Assembly: GCA_026026165.1 (NCBI GenBank)
Contig: JAPEUD010000004.1
Location: forward strand, 124,001 to 188,000
Reading direction: 5' to 3'
DNA: 64,000 bases
DNA from: Sarea resinae
Taxonomy: Eukaryota
Position 1 is the first letter of the stretch; every line of letters begins with the position of its first letter. The notes below the pieces were generated by a model. It made no database searches and was not told the origin of the DNA. It saw nothing but the letters and a program-made list of their open reading frames with translations. Made by a program: the position numbers and the translations under genes. This document shows positions 36,791 to 49,927 of this stretch, piece after piece.

Positions 36791-37224
36791 GCTGTGCGAA
36801 GCCTACTCCTCTCCCTCTCCCCCTTCGAGTCTGACGCCTGGATTGTCGACTCGGATCATCATCATTGTACGGCTCCTCATTGCCCTTGAGAGCACTGGGA
36901 TTCCGAAAGGCCCGTCGAGCAGATCTGCAGCCATTCCCGCCAGCCGTTCGAACTACTCCGGAGTACGCAATGCGCCGTTCGGGCTATCCGACCAAGAGAT
37001 GACCTGTAATTTGAATGCACTACAAGCGCCAAAGTATGAAGTACGAAAAATGGCTACATATAGCTGTGTTAGACAGAAGTATGGAGGTGAGAAGGGTACT
37101 TTGTACGTGAAGAATCACCCCCCCGGCCTAGTCGATATGACCGACTCCACACACACGCAATACCCCCTTGCAACCGCCATGCAACGACCTTGCAACGACT
37201 AGGTGCTACTCCGTGCAATAATAT

Positions 37225-37245
37225 TGTGTGTGTGTGTGTGTGTGT
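37225..37245. repeat. (TG)10 microsatellite
   Basis: Perfect TG run. Confidence 0.9.
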
Positions 37246-38945
37246 AATTCCACTTGGCCCGCGGGAGCAGCCGAGCCGTCAAGGATGGCTTGAGATCGGG
37301 AAACCCCCACGTTGACTGTCCTTCTATTGTGATTTGCGCTGCGTCGTCGCCGTCGTCGCCGCCACGGGAGAATCGCAATTACTCTCTCTTTGCGTTGCTT
37401 CCTACCCGTGCACCTCGTTGCTTCTGGCGAAGATGACGGGATGAGGTCGTTTGTGAAGCTCGTTGTCGTGATGAAGTCGTGCTGTTCCGCCTCGAAGGCC
37501 GGCACAAGATGGCGCACGAGACGCAGCACAAAGATGCTACCTTCCCTGGAGGCTACACCCTGGATCCAACTCCATTGAATGGACGGAATAATCCCCAAAC
37601 ATCTCTTGAGTATCAACTAAGCGGCTTGGAGCGAGTCAAGAACGTCTACATTATCTGGTGGCGCCGACAATGGCAGCTTCCCTGTCTGGCCTTCCTTAAA
37701 CGAACATCTCGCTAAAGTGCAGAGCGGTGCACAAGGTTTACCGGTTCGTCAATTGTTGTCGTGATTTCCAAGGTTGCGTTCCAACAGTCAGGTAGGTTGA
37801 TAGGGCAGGCCAAGGAGATGGAAGATGGGCAACCAGCATGTGTTCTAACGGTCGACACCAAGTGGAGCTCATCAGTACGCTTCCAACAACGAAGCTTCTC
37901 TAACAACGAAGCTTCTAATGTCAACCTCTGCCAATATCCATGGTGGGATAGAAGGTGCTGATGGGTCCTGACTAAATACGGCGCCCCCCTCTCTAAAATG
38001 CAGACTCCGGTGCGATCGCATTCTAAGTGCTTACCTCGATTCGTATTGCCCTCAGATCACGGTGCTAATGGCATTTGACATCTTATCCCGTCGTTGAGCT
38101 GGGCCACTCCCGGCCGAGCTTTATGGCTTCCATCGGCCCCCCGCCGCACGGCCGCTGATATCAGGAGTCTGCTATTGCACCATCGAGACTGGGGAGACGC
38201 ATTAGCGGTCCCTGCATGACAGTTCGCTTCCATTCCTCTATATCTGCAAGAACTGTAGCGAAAATGGATGTTGCCCATTAGATCCCCTTTGGTCTCGCAA
38301 TTGATCATTGGCTAGGTAGTCTGGAACCGTGGTCTCTCCATGAGGTTTGATGGAAAGAGGGAGAAGGCGTGGACAAAGTTCATCGGGCGGTGCATGGTCA
38401 TGAATCGGCCCCTTGTTGGTTTCTAAGCTTCAGATGATAACCATCTCGTCTGCCTTATCCCCCGGTCCATCCACGCTGACATCAGTGTTGGTTGGACGGT
38501 TGCGGCCGCAACACAGTCAGCTCGTGGATCTGTGCGATCCATACCAACTCCATCACTGAATAAGCTGGAGCCTTACCTAAAACTCGCGTCACGCATCTTA
38601 AAACACGCCGAACGCCGTACGCTGTGAACAGATCGGTCACTTACCTCCCAGGCATGAGCGAGCCCGCAGTGAGATAAGACATGTAGCCAGCTTCATGCGG
38701 ATAAGGCCAGAGGCAGTATATCCATGGATGTGCTCGTGGTACAATCCATGATCGTGCTTGACCTGGGCTGCCAAGTAAGAGGCGTTAAGGCGTCAGCGAT
38801 GCTCGGGTAGGGCAAAGCATACAAAGGCATCGCCGCTGCTCAACTGCTCTGCCCTCGAGGCTATCTCTGTCTTTATAAGGCTCGACAGCTGTCATTACTG
38901 CCAATATCCTCATCGCTGCCTTTGACATTCCCTCTCTTCTACAGT

Positions 38946-41293
38946 ATGTCTGGCACAAACACTTCCAAGCCAACCAGACAAAGGGCTATGTGGGATGCAC
39001 AAGAAGATGAAACCCTCCGAAGGATAGTCTCTAGCTTCGGTGTGTGGTCTTTCCCTCGTATACCCATACTGAATCCGACTGATCGATCGATGCTCTAGCT
39101 GAGAGGGGAGAACAACTTGACTGGCATCGAATTGCTTCGTATCTACCGGGGCGTAACAATAAAGATTGCAGAAAAAGATGGCATTACAGTACCGGCGCCA
39201 AAGTCAACAAAGGCGCCTGGCAAGAAGACGAGGATGAACGATTACTGTGTGGTGTTGGGCAGTATGGGACCAGGTCTGCAGCCCGTTACAATGTGGCCTT
39301 GCACCCTTCCGCACAGCTAATAATTCCCGTGCAGATGGTTCTTGGTAGCACAAGTCGTGGCAAGCCGTAATGGAGATCGTATGCAACCCTTCTCATTTGC
39401 ACACCCGACGTATTGCCTCTATCGGAGAAGGCATCGGATGCTGTTTCTCACGAATTGCAGCATGAATTGACGTCGAATAGAATGTTCCAAACGCTGGCAT
39501 GACGCTTTGAACCCCGAGATCGATCGCAGCCCTTGGACTCCAGAAGAAGTAAGCATTCCTCTTTCTCATTGAGCGATCGGACCCTCTAAATCGATCCAAC
39601 TCCGGTGATGGCGTCTCTATGGGAGAGTGGGCCTTTTCATCCAATTCGACTTTGGAATATATTTCCAAGCACTACATAAAAGCCTGGTCAATACTGTCCG
39701 ATACCAACGCCAAATCATTTTGCTAATGCTCTTGAACGCTTTTCGATCTCGGTGGTCGAAATTTTGTTGCTTCTCATCATCGTACTAACGTGTTGTCATG
39801 TTGTAGGATCAAAAACTAGTAGCCGCAACCGAGCGACACGGCAAACTATGGAGGGTAATTGTGGATGATTACTTCCAGGGTCGAACTAGCCTCTCTGCAA
39901 AGAACAGGTCAGTCTCGAGCTCTTCACTATGTCACCTCTTCATTACCTGGGTAACGGAGACATTTCTAAAACACTCGGTTGTTCTGTTCAATGCTGATGA
40001 ATTCTGGATGCTAGATACGATCATCTCTTACGACTTTGTCGAAAGATGAAGAAAAAGGGCTACAGCGACTGGCCGCCTTATCTACCAAAAGACCTCTTGG
40101 ACAGGCAGCCATCCGTGTCAACAAGTCCGGACATCAGCCCCATTTCTCCCTCTCCGGCAACGTCTACGAAAGGGCGAAAAAAGAGTGTTTCTAGGTCTCA
40201 GCGACGATCTTGCCTGCCATCCTCCCCTGTCGATAGTGCCACGAAAATCACAAAGAGAATTAAAACTCACGGTAGCTCAATATCTTCGAGTCTTTCATTT
40301 GAAGATGCTATTCGTATCGAGCGTAAGGTACCTTCCAAACTTCCTGAACAAGACACGTGTGTCGGTATGCTCGATTGGCCTGGGTCAGATGTGAATCTAT
40401 TTCCCAGCTTAGGGGGCGCATCCGGCGTTGAGATTGCTGGCATGTCAGGACTCCACGGTCTCCCCTCACAATCGGGCCTCACAAGCTTGAGCACTACAGT
40501 ACCATCATCGTCCTACTCAGAAGACGAGTTCTCAACGGCCGACAGCATGTTCAACCTCGACAGCGGAGACACCCGCATGTTTAGCACGAAATCAAATGAT
40601 CACTCTGTTCATCAATCAGCTACGTCAGAAGGTGTGCTCGTACAAAAGGGCTTTTCGCTATGCGATTCACCTTTCATAAGCCCATCCTCGAGCTCTTCAC
40701 CGAGTCCATACATGAGCGTCGCTCCATTCCAGAGACCTATCTTAAGGTCTACTGTACCCTCTCAGTATAGAAACACACGCAACAGCACTGACAATAAAAT
40801 GGTTGCGCTTTCTTCACACGGACTAATCAGCCCCCCTGAGACTCCTTCGCTCCATCATCTAGAATCTACAGCAGCGACAGCGGTGCCCTCCACGCCCAAC
40901 CCAATGGCCTCGCCGCCTTTCTCGTTCCATACCGACGACACAATGATGGCTGATTTCTTTCCCGCCTCCTTCCGGCACTCCGACCAGAGTCATCCGCATC
41001 CGTTATACTCTACCCCAAGCATCTCGCCTGCTCCAACGAGCGACCTAAACCAAGCCGCTAAACCTACCACCAGCCCTACCTCTGCAGTACCCGCTGGATC
41101 CACGTCTCTTTTCGACCCAACCCTCACTCTCACGGCCGAAGCTCCAAACATGGACATTGATATGGACATGGAAATAAATGAGTCCAAGATCTGGGGCCTC
41201 GACCTTTTGCCTCCCACTAGCGAGCTGATTGGGAATCGCCGGCTCTACTCGACATGGCCGGACGCGTATTTGAATAACAGCGACCTCACCTGA
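38946..41293 (+). CDS. Three-repeat Myb/SANT transcription factor (Bas1-like architecture), 6 exons
   Basis: Spliced: [34 protein letters not shown] / [33 protein letters not shown] / [34 protein letters not shown], then a Ser/Pro-rich tail (ORF 40046-41293). Confidence 0.88.
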
Positions 41294-41862
41294 TCAGTAC
41301 CTTTGTTTTGTCGTCGAGCATTTTATTTCAACACACGCCCCGACCATCCCTCGTGTGGTCCACTTCCCTCCGTTCCTGCAACATTACACTTAGAGAACTC
41401 TTCAACATCAAGGCAGCCGGGGAAACAGCATGATTCTGGAAAAAAGGCTGCAGAGGCAGGACGGAAATAGATAAATTAGTAAAATTGAATGAAATGATCA
41501 ACCTCAATTGATTATTACGGAAAAGTTGCCAATCTCTTCTGACGGATATATCAAATGATCGATTCAAAAGCACAAATAGGATGAAGGTCAGGCCTTTTGC
41601 TAGAGTCTCGGATCGGAGCGCCTTTTTCCACTCTTTTCTGGCCTCGCTTGACAGAGACGTTCGACGATAAAAGTTGAGCTCGTGACTACGTTGAATGTCA
41701 GAACAACTGTCGGACTAACTGGTGGTCACTCTCTGCTCACGTAATTTTCGGTAGAGGTGAGACGAAAGTTGTATATGATTCATTATTTACTGAACATCTG
41801 AAGATTGCCAATAAGGAGAAGCAGCTCAACACGAGTTTTCACTGCAATCAGACGGATTCATA

Positions 41863-43203
41863 TCACTCCTCCAGCTTGCTAATGGTCGGATCCCAAGCAA
41901 TAGGCGCGTAGGCCCCAGTGTTCAGACTCTCCAAATCTTCCTTCGTGAGCTCGAAGTCGTATAACTTGGCATTCTCCTCGATACGGGCCTTCGTGACGGA
42001 CTTTGGGAGAGGCACGAAGCCCTTTAGGTAATTGTTAGCAACGGCCCTTTTGGCATGAGATACGAAATGCAGGAAGGTCCAACCTTTTGTAAACTCCAGC
42101 GCAAGAGGATCTGCGCAGGGGTCTTGCTGTGCTTCTTCGCCAGCTGCTTTAGGACCGGCTCGTCAAACCTCTGGCCTCGAATGACGGGACAATAGGCCTC
42201 GACAATTATCCCTCTCTTTTCACACCATTCGACAATTTCCGGCCTTGCGAGCCACGGATGTACCTCCCATTGGCCCACGCTGATTTCCCCGCCACTGCCC
42301 TTACCTTTCTTGGCTTCTTCTTCCTTGATATAGTTCTCCAGCTCTTGCAGATGATGTATCCCATAGTTTGATACACCTAAAGATCGAATCTTGCCTTCTT
42401 TCTGGGCCTCTACCATGGCCTTCCATGCTCCAATGCGGCCTTCAGGCCCTCCATATGGCGCATGGATGAGATACCTCAAAGGAACGTCAGACTTTCGTAG
42501 GTGTTCTGTGAGCTGGCAAACAAACGTACAGATCGACGTAGTCTAGGCCCGACTTTTTCAGCGTGTCTTGAATGCACTGCTTGGCGTAATCATAATTCAA
42601 CTTCTGCGCAAACACCTTCGAAGTGAAGAACAACTCGCTTCGGGGGATGCCCGATTTGGTGATGGCTTGGCCGCAGGGCTCCTCGTTAAGGTAGAAAACG
42701 GCAGAATCGATCTGAAAGCATGCTTCAGCTTTGTCTAGCCAGGACGAAGACTACTTTGCAAGACGTACATGCCGATATCCGACCTTCAACGCATGGCTGA
42801 CCACTTCTTGTGTCACATCTGATGGTCTAATACCAGGCAATTAGCAGGCAGATACTCGTTGTGGATGACTGGTTGCCTCTATACGTTTTATATACCTATT
42901 GAGGAAATCAGCAATTCATTGCCTATCACATAGATCAACGGGGCGTCAGAGATAGGACTCGCAAGCGATAATCAACGGAGAGCAATCAAAGCAAGGAGAA
43001 GTAGTTCAAGGTGGCACAAATTGGAGCAAGAGGGGAAAGGTTGGACATACACCATATCCCAACGCCGGAATCTCATAGCCAGAGTTCATCCGGTATTTGG
43101 TACCGATACTTAACGTACTCATGGCTGCTGCTGTTCGATTATTGCGGAATGGCTTCATACTGTATGAGAACTGCTTTGGAATGAGTCTTGAAAACAAGCT
43201 CAT
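41863..43203 (-). CDS. Aldo-keto reductase (second in-frame ATG at 43122)
   Basis: MNSGYEIPALGYGVY, GYRHIDSAVFY, RSELFFTSK, YVDLYLIHAP, IRSLGVSNY, AQILLRWSLQKGFVPLPKS. Confidence 0.92.
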
Positions 43204-44141
43204 TCCTTCTGCGGGCTCGGTGTTTATATGATGAGCTTGTTGCCAATCTGACCACTAGACGATCCCTCTCTATTATATCCGAGCGACACCTCGTCCCGCC
43301 CGCGCGGCGATAACTTTGCGGGCCCCCCAGAATCCTTTGTGTAAGCTGACTGTATTCGCGGAGAGAACCACACGATAAAAGTCATCTCGGACATGTCATC
43401 TCGGACATGATTAATCTCCGAATCATCAAGTCATCATGAGTCAGAGACCATTTGATCACATCTTTGGACGCTTGCCCTCTGGCGTCGTAATGCTGTACGT
43501 TACGTCTTGTTTTTCGAATTTAAGTTGGCAGCTCTTTCGGCTTTGTCTACGGGACCAAATGCTTTTACTATCCATACCTTGAGATAGGACATCTTTTATG
43601 CCTCAAGTTCCCGCTATGACTTTCGTTCCAAAATTCACCTACAATATACTTTACCCCGTAATATTACCGTTCTCTTGAATCTATCTATTTATTTCATCGC
43701 GCCTTCTCACTAGGACGTTAGTCCGCAAGGCCGAATAATCCAATTCTGTTAGGTCTCCCATAATGACTTGAAACTTCCTCAATATGTGTGCCTATTATCC
43801 AGAAAATGAGGACCACGCAAGATAAATACACCCTCGCAGCGCCTATCCCTGGTCTATAATATGAACAAATGCGACAAGCTATATAGAAAGCAAACCTCCC
43901 GTGAATAAACACACCTCGCGATATGTCTTATGAAAGGATGACAAGGATACCCCCAACCCTAGATCGCACCCATCGCTTCGTTACTCTCGAAGAACAGAAA
44001 TCTCGAGCCAGAGAGTCTGTTTTATGTCCCGTACATTCGCACTTCCTCCTTACCGGTCAAGCTTCCTCTAGGTTGAATATATCTCCCTTCTCCCTTTCGG
44101 CTCCTCTGGCTTTGCTGGCCCGAGCTAGTATTTCCGCTTGT

Positions 44142-44932
44142 TCATTCTGGCGAGGAAGTACCGTCCTGGTGATTAAGAAGCGTATACACGGGGGCATTAA
44201 GCTTATCGCGGCCCTTGAGAAAGCCTAGCTCGATGATGAATATGTGCCCAATAAGGACACCGCCTAGCTTCGAGACGAGTTGCTCGGCACAAGCTGCAGA
44301 GCCACCTGTGCAAGAGAGAAATGTCAGTCTTCTGATCTCCCGTGAGCATGCTTGTGATTGTGAAATTACGAGCGAACGGTGGAGACAGGGGCAAAGGAAG
44401 AGCGCAAAAGACTTACCAGTCGCAATGAGATCATCGACTACGAGGACCGTCTGTCCAGGCTTGATCGCGTCGCTCTGCATCTCAAACACATCTTCGCCAT
44501 ATTCCTTCTTGTATGTCGCAGTAACTGTTGGGCCTGGGAGTTTGCCTTTCTTCCTCAGCGGGACGAAGCTGGCGCCTAGGCGAAGCGCGAGGGTAGGTCC
44601 GAAGAGGAATCCCCGAGCCTCGAGACCGACAATGATGTCCGGCTTCTTGGCGCCTGTGGAGGAAGACAGAATGTGAAGCTCGAGGGCGCGAATGAGCTCG
44701 GCGTGGAGAGATGGGTTGGCAAAGATTGGGAGGATGTCTTCGAACAGGATGCCCGGCTGTGGGAAGTCTGGGAATCGGCGGAGGGCTCTGCGCAGGTCTA
44801 CCTTAAGACTGGAGAGTTCGGCGGTGCTGGAGGCAGAGGGGGCGGAGAATCCGGAGTTTTGGGCGGTGTGTGTGGCATCTGGGCGGTCAGACGGGGGATG
44901 CGACGAAGTGGATAGCGGGGGGTCGGGGTGTA

Positions 44933-44964
<32 letters not shown>

Positions 44965-44984
44965 GGAGGGGTTGAGGAGGTCAT
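44142..44984 (-). CDS. APT1: Adenine phosphoribosyltransferase with polyQ N-terminal extension
   Basis: FPDFPQPGILFEDILP, GLEARGFLFGP, LRKKGKLPGP, YKKEYGED, PRPP motif VLVVDDLIATGGS after removing intron 44306-44416. Confidence 0.95.
44934..44963 (-). repeat. (CAG)10 coding trinucleotide repeat in APT1
   Basis: Pure CTG run on + strand encoding Q10. Confidence 0.95.
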
Positions 44985-46161
44985 CGTGGAGAGGAAGAGA
45001 GAGTAGAAGAGGAAGAGGAGTCCGAGAAAGAAAAGAAATGTGGATGGTAGTGGTGGAGGAGGGGCTGGGGTGTCAAGGGAGTAGGTAAGGTAGGTAGGTA
45101 GGCAGGTAGATAGATGGGACTGGGAAAATTTCCTGCGGTGTTTGTTCAAGTGAGGTATAAGTTTAGGTGATAGACGAGTCGAGACGAGACGAGACGAGAC
45201 GAGCGAGCATGGCCCTCGAGACAAATGCTCGTTCTTGTTATATGACTACTATCATCTCTATGGTGGGTAAATCAAACAGTAGACTCATCAGGAAAAATCA
45301 TGGCGTCCTCCCGGATTGTTGAGAAGAGGCAGCTCCAGTCTAGAGGAATCTCACGTCGAGTCTGCTGGGTCGTGGTCGTGGCGGAAGAAGAAAAAGAAGA
45401 TTCGGTCGAAGTAGTGAGCGTATAGACTAGCATTGGGCAGAAGTAGATGCGTCGTCGGCGCAAGAGCATTCGCAGTAGCTGGTGCGATGGTGGACGGTGC
45501 GGTTACGATGGAAAGAGATTCATTGGTTGGGTGGAGGGGTAGCAAGGCCAAGAGTGGACATGGCGGGACATGGCGGGCAGGGAGGGGTCGTGGCCTGCAT
45601 AGAAGCGATGCGACTACTACGGTCTAGGGATCTGGCTCTGGACATGGCATGGACACGGCATGGACGTGGCGGGTAGAACAGGAAGACACGAGAATACTGT
45701 GAGGATGATCAGGGCAGGTGAGATGGGAAACTCCGAATGTGTTCGACTCCCGGTCGCTCTACTGGGCCGTCAGTCATGGGCAAGTGGGCGAGGTGGCAAG
45801 GCCGCCTTTCAAACAAGGGGAAAGGAGGCCATCGAGAACACAAAACTGCATCGCTTCGATGGCGTTCAGATGACAGTCGCGGAGACTCTGTCCCTGAGAG
45901 AAGCTCAGAGACTTCCGAGTCCTCTTTCATCGGTATTTCGATGGCCCAAGGTAGACTGCCTGAGGTGGGTATGGATCAACAGCGCTACATATGGCATTCT
46001 GCTTGGACCTTGCCACCTGACTGACCCTGGATATCACATTTGATCTCTGTTTCCCTACGGAGTTCCTGTATTTCCCAACACCGCAAACGGCTGACGGCGG
46101 CATTACATTCCATGCTTGCAGATGACAATGACATCGGACTGATACAGACCAACGATAAGAC

Positions 46162-46220
46162 GTGATAGTGATAGCGACAGTGATAGTGACAGTGATAGTG
46201 ACAGTGACAGTGACAGTGAC
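46162..46220. repeat. Hexamer tandem array (GTGAYA)n, about 10 units
   Basis: GTGATA GTGATA GCGACA GTGATA GTGACA GTGATA GTGACA GTGACA GTGACA GTGAC. Confidence 0.9.
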
Positions 46221-47519
46221 TGCAACTGTGACAGTCATGGCGGCATTATTATTTCCGATAGCGACAGACCCACCGAAAATTGTCAATGCACCTATTCATT
46301 GATCGAGATTGTTGTCACTACATACTCTCCCCATGGATCAAACAGCGAAATATAATATGCTCCGACCTATGCTTCGGAGGACAGGCCTGTCTAATTGTCT
46401 AAGACAGATATAATAGTGTGCATCCGTGCCCCTACAGCTCCTTACGAATACTATGGCAATGAGAATGGCAATCGCGTTATTTGTCCCGGTCATGGCTTAT
46501 CGCATAACGCCTCTTGCGCCTCCGTGCAGACAGCAGCAAGAACGGAAAGTCGCATTGGGATTGCCGCACTATAGGGCTCTTGACGCACCCGAAGGATGTG
46601 CAGAGACGTGGGGAGTCGTGGAGAAGAAGCCAAGGCGGTGAAGTAAAGTTCTCTCCCCTCTGTCCACAATATCCACAAGTCAACTCGAGAAGAACCTTCT
46701 CCACCACTGCACCACTCCACCACTGCACGACCTGGTACTTCGTACGAACTAATTACGAAGTACACTGATGCCATTTGCCGCGTGTCTTGGTCAGTTCCAA
46801 AGTCGACCATCCAGGTAAGGTATGTAAGATTCTCATGTAAGATCTTCATTGCCTGCACACCATGAATTGAGAATTGGATGGAAGAATGAGTGGATTCTAG
46901 AATCAGGAGATAGCAAGCCGGGTATCATGTGGAGCGGGGATCCCTAGAGACCTTGCGCTGAATAGAGAGTTGTCAAATATGACAATTGCTCCAGTAGGCA
47001 GAGCGACCGCCAATTCCCAACAGGTCGAAATACTCTGCAAGTAGAAGTCCCTGATCAACCAGATCATCTGAAGACTGGAAGAAGAGGAACATTTGATTCG
47101 GCAGTCCTAGAAACAATCATGATACGATTGCTGCAGTCCATGATGATATCCGCGCTGTTTACTCTGATGTGAGCTGCAACACACCTAATGGATGTCAGGA
47201 CATTCTTCTTCGTATTATCATGCCGCTTTATACGGCATCCAAAAGATTGAACAAACCATGAAGATGTCGCGGAATTCCCGTCGAACGTCTCAGAGGAAAA
47301 CCGATAACCGATAAGTAAGAGCCATCTAAGTCTTAATGACCAACCGTACGAGATTTGCAAAAAGTATCCAGACCCGTCTACCGTAGCATTTCGACTCCAG
47401 GGCTTCGTTTGCGAAAGAGTCAGACAATTAAGTGGATGCAAGAGCTCAAATTTCGGCCAGCTTGACTTGCGCATCACCAACACGTCCATTGCAAGGCTCA
47501 CTACGACTGGCCGAGCATC

Positions 47520-49466
47520 ATGGCGACCGATCTCACATCCGATATCCTGCACCTTCTCTCCTTGCAGGACTCAATCTTTTCCGTCGATGCCTTCCCCACC
47601 ACTCCCTCTTCAACGGTCAAGAGTTCACTCGACCGCTTGGCGTCGCGGGACATGATCACTTATGAGACAATCGACAGAGACGAAGTTATTCTTACCCCCG
47701 AGGGAGAGACAATTGCGGCTGAAGGAAGTCATGAAGCCAAAGTCTTCGAAGCCGTGCGCAAAGCTGTCGAGGGGCTGAAAATCGGGGACCTGCCGGTGGG
47801 TTGCTCTTCGGCTGCTTTCTTGGCTTCAATTACTTGAAGCTAATTCAGTCACACAGGGAATTGTGGGCAAGGAAAGTGCCAAGGTTGGTCAAGGCAAAGC
47901 GTTCAAGGAGGGATGGATCAAGAAAGACAAGGACCTTCTAAAAGCCAACGTACGTCGAGAAGAGTACCTCCGCCGAAAATAAACACTGATTTGGCCAGAC
48001 CGAATCAATCAATGATACTACTCGCGAGCAGCTACAACAAATAAAGGAAGCACGGACATACCCTGACACCAAGGTTGTCGCCGATCTGCGGAAGCGGAAA
48101 CTAGTGACGATGCAGAAGGTCATCAACTTTAATATCTCCAAAGGCACAAGATATGCCAGGGAGTTGGTGAAAGAAGAGACTGATTTAACTGCAGAGATGC
48201 TCGCTAGGTAATTCATATGGACGGTGAGAGAAGGATTCTTATACTGATCATATCTAGTGGATCATGGAAGAACCTCCCCTTCAAACCGTATAACTTCAAG
48301 GCAATGGGAGCACCTACGCCAAGTGGAGCCCTTCACCCGCGTAAGTACTCTCGCTGCAACCTACTGTCCGGAATCTCGCTGACCAGAATGCCTCATAGTC
48401 AACAAAGTGCGCGCCGAGTTCCGGCAGATCTTCTTTGAAATGGGTTTTGAGGAGATGCCCACGAATCGGTTAGAAGCAATATCAAGCAGAATTCCCCTGC
48501 TACAACTAACACTCTTCTTCCCAGCTTCGTCGAAACCGGCTTCTGGAACTTCGATGCCCTCTTCGTCCCCCAGCAACATCCTGCCCGAGACCTCCAAGAC
48601 ACGTTCTACATCTCCGACCCCCTATATGCCGACAAGCCTCGCGAGGACCCCACCCCGTCGCCAACGCTACCCAATAGCACAAGCACATCTACAAAGGCAG
48701 CCACCAGCAAGAAAATAGACTATGAGCAATACTGGAACAATGTCAAAGAAGTGCACGAAAAAGGCAAATTCGGTTCCATCGGCTACCGCTACCCTTTCAA
48801 GGACGCGGAGTCCCTCCGCCTCGTCCTCCGCACCCACACAACCGCTATATCAACCTATGTCCTCCACAAACTCGCCGCTGATCCCCGTCCGGCCCGCTAC
48901 TTTTCTATCGACCGCGTTTTCCGTAACGAAACTGTCGACGCTACCCATCTAGCAGAATTCCACCAAGTCGAAGGCGTCATCGCTGATTTCGGCCTTACGC
49001 TCGGCGGCCTCATCGGCTTCATGGAGACCTTCTTCGCCAAGATGGGTGTTCACAACCTTAGGTACAAGCCCGCCTATAACCCGTATACGGAGCCAAGTAT
49101 GGAAATCTTTGGGTACCACGCTGGCCTAGGCAAATGGGTCGAGATCGGCAACAGTGGCATGTTCAGGCCCGAGATGCTGGAGAGTATGGGTCTGCCCAAG
49201 GATATGCGCGTGTATGGGTGGGGTCTGAGTTTGGAGAGACCAACGATGATCAAGTAAGCTTACCTCTTCTATTCCGTTCCTTTGCTCTTCTCTGTTCTTC
49301 TCGCTCCCACCCCTCTCTTCTTGTTCGGTTTGTGAAGGGCGTACCTTGGTGACTGACCTCTTTCACCTTTAGATATGGCGTCAAAAACATCCGGGATCTT
49401 CTAGGCCATAAAGTAGACCTGAACTTCATAGAGAACAACCCTGCCGTCCGACTGGACAAGGATTAA
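47520..49466 (+). CDS. FRS2: Cytoplasmic phenylalanyl-tRNA synthetase alpha subunit
   Basis: [93 protein letters not shown]. Confidence 0.96.
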
Positions 49467-49927
49467 ATACCATCAAGATCTGAGAAAATAGAAATCTTCA
49501 ATCTGAAACATCCGTTCGTTCTCTTTATGGAAATGAAACATCACATCGTCACCCATGTCTACTATGTAGAGGAGTGTTGTATTAATTTTGTGCTTTGAGC
49601 GATCTAGGAAGCATCAATACGCTGCGTATCGTATCGCCTTTCAACGAGTTCATGCTCTAGAGGTTCTTTTGACCTCCTTGTACAGATTAATTTGCAAGGC
49701 CTTGTGAGAAGCAGAGGTATCAAACACGCCATACACTAAATCATTCTTGTTTTCTACGAATTCTTATCCTAGGTATGCACGGTGATTGGTAGACGTATGC
49801 TTCCAATAGTCTTTAGTAGCATTTAGATAGTGTAATCGAGATAGTAAGCAAAGCAAGCCGAGCACACAGAGGGCCTCGTTCTCCATAGACTTTACCCCCG
49901 AGACTGAATGAATATGAGTAAGTGCTT

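Noticed and set aside
41850..41880. Cryptic PTS1 by readthrough at the AKR end (ISKLEE*)
   Set aside because: SKL is not terminal, the stop lacks the TGA-CTA context, and the extension does not end in a PTS1
46162..46220. Tandem array as CRISPR or as coding VTVT repeat
   Set aside because: Simple hexamer microsatellite without spacers in a eukaryote; overlapping ORF lacks support
47133..47180. ATGATGA...CTGA pair resembling a C/D snoRNA
   Set aside because: Only 17 nt between the boxes, no downstream D box and no recognisable rRNA guide
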